Positions 1 to 7,928 of a stretch of DNA of 22,838 nucleotides are shown here, piece after piece. Under the pieces are notes generated by a model. It was not told where the DNA came from. It was given only the letters and a program-made list of their open reading frames with translations, and searched no databases. How positions within the stretch are numbered: position 1 is the first letter of the stretch; each line of letters starts with the position of its first letter. The stretch covers positions 1-22,838 of the forward strand of contig CAYZRF010000027.1 in the NCBI GenBank assembly GCA_964480775.1, read 5' to 3'. This DNA is from an uncultured Nitrososphaerota archaeon (GTDB taxonomy: Archaea > Korarchaeota > Korarchaeia > Korarchaeales > Korarchaeaceae). A program made the position numbers and the translations under genes.

Positions 1-52
1 CATCATCCAAATCACTCGTAGCTAACTTAACTCTTTTACTAGAGTTTAGAAG

Positions 53-847
53 CTATATTTCGATTGCATCATATGCCGTGGTTCCTATTCCCACCTCTTC
101 TGCAAACCTCAAGTACCTTATATCCTTGGTACTCACATCTGTGAAATTGGGGTCTACTTCTTTCATTAACTCGAGACAAAAAGAATCAACAGAAACTGGG
201 TCCTTTCCAGCCATCATGTAGCCCAAGAACTTTACTTTTCCCCCGTGTCTTCTCTCATCTGCTTTGACCATGACCTCTATCGCATCGACGATCGTTATTC
301 TCGGTCTAACAATAAAATTCACTTCAGCGATGGTAGAATGAATGTCCTTTATCTTTGTATACAACCAAAACTTTTCTTTTACTGAAAGAAATCCTAACTG
401 AATCTCCAATGCGCACGAAATCTTGCATGTTTTGTGTGCTTTGAGGACAGGTAACGATACGATGTTGACATCGTCATAGTTTATGTCAGCCAACTCAAAA
501 CTCATCCTTATGGCCTTCCTTTTACGGTGCCTCATGAGATTTAGGTTTCTTATATCCAGACCAAAATCCTTAGCAACCAACCTAAGTGGATGAGAGGATG
601 GTATTTTTTCTCGTATTACGGAATCAATAGCTGGACTAGCAACAACAGACACATTTTTCCCTCTAAAAAAGGATAGAACTTCTAAAAGAACTTCTGGATG
701 AGTAGTAGTGGGATAAGGCTCGTTAGAAGCTAAATTAAGGTTCACTATGGCGTTTTTGGTTTTATATGACTCGGATGAAAACATTTGGAGTATTTCCTTG
801 ATGAAAGACCTCCTGTCTTCCGTTTTTCTGTAGAATACTTTACCCAT
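53..847 (-). CDS. DUF362-family protein (function unknown)
   Basis: 264-aa ORF. The blocks NAIVNLNL..TTTHPEVLLEVL, LPVLKAHK and ITIVDAIEVM...GKDPVSVDSFCLELM match my recollection of the DUF362 pattern (KPNL..THPevv..lKtH..ivDai..asDpvavD). GGAGGAG lies about 8 nt upstream of the ATG at 847. Confidence 0.65.
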   Translation of the reverse strand: MGKVFYRKTEDRRSFIKEILQMFSSESYKTKNAIVNLNLASNEPYPTTTHPEVLLEVLSFFRGKNVSVVASPAIDSVIREKIPSSHPLRLVAKDFGLDIRNLNLMRHRKRKAIRMSFELADINYDDVNIVSLPVLKAHKTCKISCALEIQLGFLSVKEKFWLYTKIKDIHSTIAEVNFIVRPRITIVDAIEVMVKADERRHGGKVKFLGYMMAGKDPVSVDSFCLELMKEVDPNFTDVSTKDIRYLRFAEEVGIGTTAYDAIEI

Positions 848-976
848 TCTTCTTTCTCCTCCAGCTGGCTGTAAAACACAATGAATTCTCCAAGATGTAA
901 GGTTTTAGAATGTCTTCTTATCTATCGTTATATTATACGGAGAACATAAAAGGGATCCCACTCAGGGGGTGAGGTT

Positions 977-1900
977 GTGCTAAGAGAAACTATGCTCATG
1001 GGTGTTCTAACGGCTCTCCTTATAGCAATGGGGCTTGGTATAGGATATTATTTTGGGAATCCAACGGAATGGATGCTTGGAGGGCTCATAATCTCCGCAT
1101 TTCTCAATATGTTTGCTTATGCCTATTCTGACAAGATAGTCCTAGCTATGACTGGAGCCAGGCTGGTACCAGAGGGCGAGATGCCTGTTTTGCACAGGAT
1201 TGCTGAACGCCTCTCCCTTAAGGCTGGGATCCCAAAACCAAAAGTAGCTTTGGTACCAATACCCATACCTAATGCCTTTGCAACAGGAAGAGGCCCAAAA
1301 AAGGCAACTATAGCTGTGACAGAGGGCCTATTAGGAGTTTTGAATGAAGGGGAGATAGAAGCGGTACTTGGGCATGAGCTTGCTCATGTCTTGCACAGGG
1401 ATACGCTTGTATCAGCCATGGCTGCCACGTTGGCTGGAGCAATAAGCTATTTAGCATATCTAGGAAGATGGGGGCTATTCTTCGGTAGAAGCAGGGATGA
1501 TAGAGAATCAGTTCCCATTTTCGCGATTATTCTATCCTTAATTCTCATTCCAGTGGCTGCTGCCTTGATAAGATTGGCCATTTCAAGGGAAAGGGAATAC
1601 AAAGCAGACGAAGAAGGAGCCAAATTAACTGGTAGACCAATTGCTCTCTCAAATGCTTTAATAAAGATAAGAAGGGCCGTGCTTCATTACCCATCCTTAC
1701 CCATAAATCCAGGCACGACACATTTGTGGATAGTAAATCCACTTAAGGGAGAGTCTTTGCTCGAGCTTTTCTCAACACATCCTTCGGTGGAAAAAAGAGT
1801 TTCTAGGCTTAGAGAACTTGCAAATGAGATGGGAATTTGGGACGATAGACCAATTCCACTTGAAAGCACAGACTCCAAGCTCTTGATGTTCTTTTGGTGA
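977..1900 (+). CDS. htpX: HtpX-type M48 zinc metalloprotease (membrane heat-shock protease)
   Basis: Two N-terminal TM helices, an HELAHV zinc motif, two further TM helices, a downstream EREYKADEEGA block and a C-terminal THPSVEKR: the canonical HtpX layout. The start is GTG at 977, preceded by GGGGTGAGG. In-frame ATGs at 992 and 998 are alternatives. Confidence 0.9.
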   Translation: MLRETMLMGVLTALLIAMGLGIGYYFGNPTEWMLGGLIISAFLNMFAYAYSDKIVLAMTGARLVPEGEMPVLHRIAERLSLKAGIPKPKVALVPIPIPNAFATGRGPKKATIAVTEGLLGVLNEGEIEAVLGHELAHVLHRDTLVSAMAATLAGAISYLAYLGRWGLFFGRSRDDRESVPIFAIILSLILIPVAAALIRLAISREREYKADEEGAKLTGRPIALSNALIKIRRAVLHYPSLPINPGTTHLWIVNPLKGESLLELFSTHPSVEKRVSRLRELANEMGIWDDRPIPLESTDSKLLMFFW

Positions 1901-1929
1901 TGATGTAAAAACCTGGATGAGAAAAGAAA

Positions 1930-3033
1930 TCAGGGTCGTACGTCGATAGACCCGTTTACTACATCAACCACTACCTTTATCTTTACCTGTGCTAAGGAAT
2001 ATCCCTCTGTTTTAGCCTTTAAACTCTTTTTATCCTCAGATCTTATCAAATCAAAGTCCTCTATACCCATATCTATCGATCCATGAATTGTGCCTATATC
2101 AAAATCGAATCCTTTGTTTAAGTCCAAATTACAGTCAATGGCAACATCTCCATTGATCACATCGATTGAATATTTGCCAGATTCATTACCAATTATTTCT
2201 AAGTAAACTTCTCCGTTTATTATTTCGTACTCCAAATCTTGGGAGGAAATGGAGCCTCTAATCTCTCCGTTGGTCACACTAACGTCAACTTTCTCGAAGT
2301 AGGCATCTGTGAATTCTACCCTTCCATTTGCAATTTCTGCTGAGAGTCCAGGGCCAGATATGCCCGAAATTTCCAACTTCCCGTTTAATGTAGAGTGAGT
2401 TATTTCACAAGATAAGGTTGAAGGAATATAAACCAATAGATCAACCTTGCTCCAAACTCTGTTAAGATCTGGACCTGAAACACCTATTTTCACCTTCAAC
2501 ACGTCTCCAACCTTACTGTCCGTAACATGCAGCTGTGTCTTATTCAAATTTTTGAAGGCTGCTGTAGTGGTAAGTCCTCTGGTCGTTATTTCGTATTGAA
2601 TCACTATTTGAGAGGTATCCGAGCTTTTTAGCACCACGTCTCCGTTCACCAGGTCAATGTTAAGGCTTAGTTTTGAGACATTTCCTACAGAAACCGATGT
2701 TTGACCAGTTTTTGAGGCCTCTTCAGCCCCCGTCTGCATCATTAAGGCAAGAGGTGTGAGAAAGTAGGTAACGGAGAGCAATATCGTGAGAAAAGCTAAG
2801 ATCGTAACAAAGGTATTAACTCCCCTTATTATCTCTCTTCCTAGCGAGCTCTTTACCCAGCCCAGAGCAAAATAACATCCAAGAAGTATAAGACCAGAAG
2901 AGATCAGTATTATCGCTCTATCCTCTGGCGTAAGAACTTCCCATGGCAGTAGCTGATACAGGAGGAAAAGCAGACCTATGGTAACTAGGAACCATCCCAA
3001 ACCAACAGCAGTCTTATGGCTCAAATACAGCAC
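1930..3033 (-). CDS. Membrane-anchored protein with DUF4097-like (LiaF C-terminal-like) beta-repeat domain
   Basis: 367 aa. The N-terminus has about 4 TM helices. The C-terminal ~250 aa carry at least eight spaced [NH]G-x-[IVL] motifs (VNGDVVL, LNGKLEI, ANGRVEF, TNGEIRG, INGEVYL, INGDVAI, IHGSIDM, VNGSIDV), typical of DUF4097 putative-adhesin/LiaF-type repeats. The GTG start at 3033 sits in TAG-GAG-GTG, directly after the stop of the upstream ORF, indicating translational coupling. Confidence 0.65.
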   Translation of the reverse strand: MLYLSHKTAVGLGWFLVTIGLLFLLYQLLPWEVLTPEDRAIILISSGLILLGCYFALGWVKSSLGREIIRGVNTFVTILAFLTILLSVTYFLTPLALMMQTGAEEASKTGQTSVSVGNVSKLSLNIDLVNGDVVLKSSDTSQIVIQYEITTRGLTTTAAFKNLNKTQLHVTDSKVGDVLKVKIGVSGPDLNRVWSKVDLLVYIPSTLSCEITHSTLNGKLEISGISGPGLSAEIANGRVEFTDAYFEKVDVSVTNGEIRGSISSQDLEYEIINGEVYLEIIGNESGKYSIDVINGDVAIDCNLDLNKGFDFDIGTIHGSIDMGIEDFDLIRSEDKKSLKAKTEGYSLAQVKIKVVVDVVNGSIDVRP

Positions 3034-3036
3034 CTC

Positions 3037-3249
3037 CTAAACAACTTTAATCCCTCTCCTCTCCTTCTTCGACAAGCCGTATGCTATGGCGGCAATTCCT
3101 ACAAAGACGAGAGCTAAAGGAATTGTAATGGTTAAAGATGAGATTCCTTTGAGCGAAATGTACCACCCCAGTCCCAATGAGAGAAAGAAAATTGCTTTGA
3201 ACAAGATCCAAGCCTTAGACACTTTTTTCACCCCTGACTGAATATCCAA
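3037..3249 (-). CDS. Small two-TM membrane protein (LiaI/DUF5668-like hairpin)
   Basis: 70 aa with two hydrophobic helices and a GLGW motif also found in the N-terminus of the downstream 367-aa protein. The stop is 3 nt from the next start. The start is uncertain: ATG 3249 overlaps the upstream gene by 35 nt, and in-frame GTGs at 3231 and 3222 would reduce the overlap. Confidence 0.5.
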   Translation of the reverse strand: MDIQSGVKKVSKAWILFKAIFFLSLGLGWYISLKGISSLTITIPLALVFVGIAAIAYGLSKKERRGIKVV

Positions 3250-3586
3250 GTACTATCAAGAGAATCCCTACTAGGATCAGGCTTACTGAGGCAGGTATTT
3301 TCTGGCCAAGCAGCTCCTGAACAAGCCAGTATCCTCCAGCAGTTACCATGATCGCTCCTATGATTATTATAAGACTCTCAGAATCAGCAGTGGTCTTTGA
3401 TGGAATTATCTCCCCCTCTTTCATCCCCTTCGTCTTGTATACATAAGCTACCATCAGGATTACAAGGAGCGCAGCAATCCAGTGGAACATCAGTGCCAAG
3501 ATGACCAGTATGAAAGCTACTGCCGAGTCGGCCAAATATTTCATTATAACTGCACCAAGATCCGCAAGTAAGTCTGTCAAACCCAT
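3215..3586 (-). CDS. Four-TM membrane protein, first gene of a three-gene membrane operon
   Basis: 123 aa and strongly hydrophobic. The C-terminal hairpin (GGYWLVQELLG...LILVGILLIVLG) resembles the hairpins of the two downstream proteins. It has no recognisable enzymatic motifs. Confidence 0.55.
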   Translation of the reverse strand: MGLTDLLADLGAVIMKYLADSAVAFILVILALMFHWIAALLVILMVAYVYKTKGMKEGEIIPSKTTADSESLIIIIGAIMVTAGGYWLVQELLGQKIPASVSLILVGILLIVLGYSVRGEKSV

Positions 3587-3711
3587 TTTCGATCCAAAAA
3601 ATTCAAGAAACCCCTCTTTCTTAACTACTTTGAATATTTCTCTATTGAATAGATTTCTTAACAGGTTTGAACCAGGATTATTTTCCTATAAGACAGCTCC
3701 TACGTCTCCTC

Positions 3712-4395
3712 TCATAAGATTCCTTCTGTCTCTTTCCTATATCTCTTCAAAAATTCGATCATAAACTTGTGTCTCGCCTCTGCTAACTTCCTTCCTTCTT
3801 TTGTGACGATTAAGTCCTTTATCCAAAGCAGTTTTGATGCAAAGTGGTATATTGCGCTTGGATCAGGCCCATTTAAATTCATCTTTAATTTAGGGGGCTT
3901 TTCAGGATCCCATTCAAGCTTTCCTAAGCCATTTGGGCATCTATATGCTCCTGCAAATGCAAACACCCTTGCTATGCCCCTTGCTCCAATCGCATCAAGC
4001 AAATCGGCGTCTCGAAGGACTTTAGCTTCAAGCAAATCAGGTTCAACGCCTTTCTCATATGCCTCATATGATGCTGTTAATATTGTTTTACTGATCAGTT
4101 CAATCTCCTCCTTTGAAAATCCAATTTTCTCCAAAAATTTCTGAGCTTCTTCAGCACTTGCCTCGCTGTGCCTGTAGTGTTCTGTTACGGACTTTCTGGG
4201 AACGATATCGTGAAAGTAGGCTGCAGGTACGAGGACCCTCATATTCGCACCTACTTTGGATCCAATCCTCTTGGCAATTTTGACTACACATTCAATATGA
4301 TCCCAGCCATGTGCAACGTCGTTGAAGCGGGCCCTTTCCTTCACGAAATTCTTTATTTTCTCTTCATCTTCAGGCGTGATTTCTCTGAGTTCCAT
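3712..4395 (-). CDS. HD-domain metal-dependent phosphohydrolase (YedJ/YpgQ-like)
   Basis: 227 aa with HGWDHIECVVKIA (H...HD-type first motif), AYFHDIV (HD) and RDADLLDAIGARG (distal D), the canonical HD-superfamily signature order. Confidence 0.85.
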   Translation of the reverse strand: MELREITPEDEEKIKNFVKERARFNDVAHGWDHIECVVKIAKRIGSKVGANMRVLVPAAYFHDIVPRKSVTEHYRHSEASAEEAQKFLEKIGFSKEEIELISKTILTASYEAYEKGVEPDLLEAKVLRDADLLDAIGARGIARVFAFAGAYRCPNGLGKLEWDPEKPPKLKMNLNGPDPSAIYHFASKLLWIKDLIVTKEGRKLAEARHKFMIEFLKRYRKETEGIL

Positions 4396-4479
4396 CGATT
4401 TTATGGGAGTCCTCTACTTAAAATGCCTTGTCTATGTTCCAAAAGACAAATCTTGGGCGAACATTCAAAGCCGGATTCG

Positions 4480-5328
4480 CTAGAATGTGAGTACATGGAT
4501 CTCCTGGCTAAAATTGAGCAGTCTAGCTAACATCCTAAGGATAAGTACAGTAAGAATTATTACAACAAAGGATTTGCTCAAGTCAAGATCCGCTGATTCC
4601 CTTGTGCCAAACAAAAGTAAAATGAACATCCATAAAGCTAATGCTGGCTGTATGATGTATCTTATTCCTATCAACAACAAAGAATATTCTAATTCTCCAA
4701 TCACAATTAGATTTAGGAAGAGCAAGCTTCTGATGAGCAGAAGAACTAATTCAGGGAGCTGGGCTCTGAGAAAGTTTATGATAAACGAGGTTAGTGATGC
4801 TCGAACTCCGTAGATACCTATGGATAAGCCGGCTGCTAAAAAAATAGTTCCTGTAAGCATAAAAGCGACCTCTAGTAGCGATTTCACCCCCAGAAAAGCC
4901 GATATTAAGAGTATCAGTGTGCCAACAACAAAAGAGGTAAGAACTCCTCCTTTTCCTTTGTAAGTGAAAGCTCTCCTCGGATTTGTAAATAGATCAATAA
5001 AACTTCTGCCTGCCTCCGAAAGAAAGGACCAAGGAGATAAAGAGGGCCTAATTAGGCTTTGTGGCCTTTTTATTTCCTCTTGAAGGAAATTGAGTAATCT
5101 ATAGGCCAAGATTCCCTTGTTATTTAACGAATAGATGCCTTCTTGGTCTTTTTTCAATAGAGACTCCATTTTTGACAGGTGATAATTTAGTACGCCAGAT
5201 TGAATGCCTATTTCTGCGAGGAGAGAGCTGTACTTCATTTGTCCTCTTTCTGCTAGCAGTATAATTATCTTCCTTCTTATCTCGTGGTTAATGCCGTCAA
5301 TAACAGCGTCTATCTCCAAACCATACAC
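4480..5328 (-). CDS. ArsR-type winged-helix DNA-binding domain fused to a polytopic (Yip1-like?) membrane domain
   Basis: 282 aa. N-terminus: INHEIRRKIIILLAERGQMKYSSLLAEIGIQSGVLNYHLSKMESLLKKDQEGIYSLNNKG, which follows the ArsR/SmtB HTH-plus-wing pattern. The C-terminal ~170 aa form about 5 hydrophobic helices. The start is GTG at 5328. Confidence 0.7.
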   Translation of the reverse strand: MYGLEIDAVIDGINHEIRRKIIILLAERGQMKYSSLLAEIGIQSGVLNYHLSKMESLLKKDQEGIYSLNNKGILAYRLLNFLQEEIKRPQSLIRPSLSPWSFLSEAGRSFIDLFTNPRRAFTYKGKGGVLTSFVVGTLILLISAFLGVKSLLEVAFMLTGTIFLAAGLSIGIYGVRASLTSFIINFLRAQLPELVLLLIRSLLFLNLIVIGELEYSLLLIGIRYIIQPALALWMFILLLFGTRESADLDLSKSFVVIILTVLILRMLARLLNFSQEIHVLTF

Positions 5329-5614
5329 CTACTTAACTGGACAAACGAAAAGAATTTGCTTATCAAGTAACCAATAGAGAATAAAAATAAAAACTCACGA
5401 AGCCGTTCTGCCAAATAACAGGAGAATGTCTGATAATTATATTGGAGGAAGGAGGTTTATAGCTAAAATGATTAGAAATAGCTTTACTCCCTGAGAGCCT
5501 AACAGAGATCTGGTATGAAAAAATTTTTATACATATCCTTCATTTTACACACCTCCCATTGATTCCTAATCCAATCTCTCTTCTGTGTAGTAGTTTAAGG
5601 CAGGTGATCCCTCT

Positions 5615-6844
5615 ATGGAATTAACTTCGCTTGCAATTCTAGGAGCGCTGGCATTGATCGCCCCACTTATCGCAAAAGCCACTGGAATTCCTTGTGTTGT
5701 CATTGAAATGATAGCTGGTATAATCTTGGGAAGATCCTTTTTAGGTTTGATCCACGTAGAAGGGGGATGGGCCTCTTTTTTCTTTGAATTCGGCTTGATC
5801 TATCTGCTTTTTCTAGCTGGTCTGGAAATTGAGGCTAGGTTCCTGAAAGAGAACATTGTTGACTCCATGTTAATAGGGTCTCTCTCAACCGCAATCCCGT
5901 TTTCTCTTGGGTACTTAGTTGGCACATTTGCGGGCGTCAATCCTGTTCTTCTAGGAGTGATCTTTTCCACTACTTCAGTAGGAGTAGTTCTCCCTACTGC
6001 TAAAGAAATAGAACACCTATTCAAAGATCAAGGATCTAAGAAACCCTTTTCGAAGCTTTTGATAGGAGCTACTGCTGTATCTGATATGGAAAGTATGTTC
6101 GTTTTAACATTCTTGGTAGAGAGTGGAGCAAGGCTGGAAACTCTTGCAACAGTAGTAATTATGTTCCTCTTATTCTTAATCCCCTTGTATAGGGCAGCCA
6201 AGGCATACTCAAGGCTAATCCGCAAGATAAGGGATCTCGAAGAGAGATACCACTTCACCACTAGGCTGAGCATGGTCTTAATGATAATTTTCGCCGCTCT
6301 CGCAGAAGTGATAGGCATTCATGCGGTTGTTGGAGCCTTCTTCGCAGGAATACTGGTATCAGAGCTGGCTGGAGGTTACGAAAAGCTTGCTGATAACTTG
6401 GCTTCCTTTGGTTATGCTCTTTTCCTTCCCATGTTTTTCCTCATTACAGGGGCAAAGGCAGACATACCAGCCGTTATAGCGAGGGGCAATCTTTTGTTGC
6501 TACCACTTTTCTTATTTCTAAGCTATGCTGGAAAACTAGGAGGGGTATATGCCCCAGCTAAGGCCAGGGGGATGGATAATGGCTCTGCCATTACGATGGG
6601 AACGCTGATGTGGGCAAAATTAAGCCTAGTAATAGCTGCTGCTGAGGCTGGGCTTAGTTTGGGTTTCATAAAAGAAGAAATGTACTCCACCATAATCCTG
6701 TTCGCTCTACTCACAGTCCTTCTGGCTCCTCTATTCGCAAAACTCATAGTTTCTAGGTTCCTCAAAAAGGAAGTGGAAGTCAAACTCAGAAAAGAGATAA
6801 TATATAGGCCTCCTGGGATTGAAAGGGGGCTCGTAGGGGATTAA
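5615..6844 (+). CDS. Monovalent cation:proton antiporter, CPA2 (Kef/NapA-type)
   Basis: 409 aa with about 11-12 TM helices. The N-terminus (LALIAPLIAKATGIPCVVIEMIAGIILG) and the internal GIHAVVGAFFAGILVS block are typical of Na_H_Exchanger/CPA2 proteins. AGGTGAT lies 8 nt upstream of the ATG. Confidence 0.85.
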   Translation: MELTSLAILGALALIAPLIAKATGIPCVVIEMIAGIILGRSFLGLIHVEGGWASFFFEFGLIYLLFLAGLEIEARFLKENIVDSMLIGSLSTAIPFSLGYLVGTFAGVNPVLLGVIFSTTSVGVVLPTAKEIEHLFKDQGSKKPFSKLLIGATAVSDMESMFVLTFLVESGARLETLATVVIMFLLFLIPLYRAAKAYSRLIRKIRDLEERYHFTTRLSMVLMIIFAALAEVIGIHAVVGAFFAGILVSELAGGYEKLADNLASFGYALFLPMFFLITGAKADIPAVIARGNLLLLPLFLFLSYAGKLGGVYAPAKARGMDNGSAITMGTLMWAKLSLVIAAAEAGLSLGFIKEEMYSTIILFALLTVLLAPLFAKLIVSRFLKKEVEVKLRKEIIYRPPGIERGLVGD

Positions 6845-6982
6845 ATAAGAGCATAAGGATATATTCATCTGGACAAACCCAAACAAAGCGGTACCTCTTG
6901 AAGTCAATTTCCTAGGAATAGTCCCTAAAAGATAATGATTAAGAATCAATTGCAAACATCAACTACAATGCCCACAAGTTCA

Positions 6983-7819
6983 ATGGCTAGAAACATTTCT
7001 ACAATAGCAATAATAGGAGCTGGACAGGTAGGTGGGGCTGTAGCCCGAGTTCTTGCCGAAAACGGTAAATGGAGCATAATTGCTACAAGAAGACATCTGG
7101 AGACAATAAAGGATCTGGAGTCGATGGGAGTAAAACTTACTACTAACAACGTGGAGGCGGCGAGGAAAGCCGATGTCGTGATACTTGCTGTTAAGCCAAG
7201 TAAGGCTGTGAGTGTGTTGAAGGAAATATCTGACGAGCTTTCTGGGAAGCTGGTAATCTCGTTTGCCGCTGCAATAACTTTAGATGTGCTTAGATCGGTG
7301 GCTCCTGACGCAGAAATAATCAGAGCAATGCCTAACATTGCTTTAATTGTTAAAGAGTCCTTTACTGCATATTCGGCTCCAAAAGATATTAGTGAGGGCG
7401 CCAAAAATATAGCAGAGAGAATTCTAGCTGAGTTTGGAGAAGTAGTCAGGGTAGACGAATCTCTGATGGATGCTGTTACTGGCCTTAGCGGTAGCGGTCC
7501 AGCCTACGCTGCTATTTTCATAGAAGCACTAGCTTATGCTGGACTTAAAGTAGGTCTTTCCAGAGATATAGCACTAAGAAGTGCTGCCAGAACTCTGCTT
7601 GGCACGGCAAAACTTGTGCTGGACCTCAACCTTCATCCAGCAAGAGTTAAGGAGATGGTTATAACCCCTGGAGGAACGACCATAGAGGGTATTTACCATA
7701 TAGAGGAGAGCGGAATAAGATCTTCTATAATGAGAGCAGTTGATGCAGCTTCTCGGAGATGCAAAGAAATTACAAGCGCGCTGGAAGAAGCATTTAACAA
7801 GCGTAAGATGGCTCATTAA
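6983..7819 (+). CDS. proC: Pyrroline-5-carboxylate reductase
   Basis: Rossmann fold IAIIGAGQVGGAV, then AVKP, MPN, GLSGSGPAY, and C-terminal ITPGGTTIEGI...AVDAASRR, the full ProC motif series. The ORF track starts at 6935. I prefer ATG 6983 (MARNISTIAIIGAG) because it gives the usual N-terminal length; 6968 is also possible. Confidence 0.85.
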   Translation: MARNISTIAIIGAGQVGGAVARVLAENGKWSIIATRRHLETIKDLESMGVKLTTNNVEAARKADVVILAVKPSKAVSVLKEISDELSGKLVISFAAAITLDVLRSVAPDAEIIRAMPNIALIVKESFTAYSAPKDISEGAKNIAERILAEFGEVVRVDESLMDAVTGLSGSGPAYAAIFIEALAYAGLKVGLSRDIALRSAARTLLGTAKLVLDLNLHPARVKEMVITPGGTTIEGIYHIEESGIRSSIMRAVDAASRRCKEITSALEEAFNKRKMAH

Positions 7820-7928
7820 GTTAATACAGACCAAGACTCTTCGCATCTTGCTTTACTAGATCTCGCAAGGACCTTTGGAAAAATACATAGTAGAACCAAA
7901 TTAAAGCGTACAGCAAAACTAATTGCAG

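Noticed and set aside
3630-3658. Direct repeat TTGAATA(-/GA)TTTCT upstream of the three-gene membrane operon.
   Set aside because: It is short, AT-rich and imperfect, in an AT-rich promoter region. It is indistinguishable from chance or generic TATA/BRE-like sequence without comparative data.
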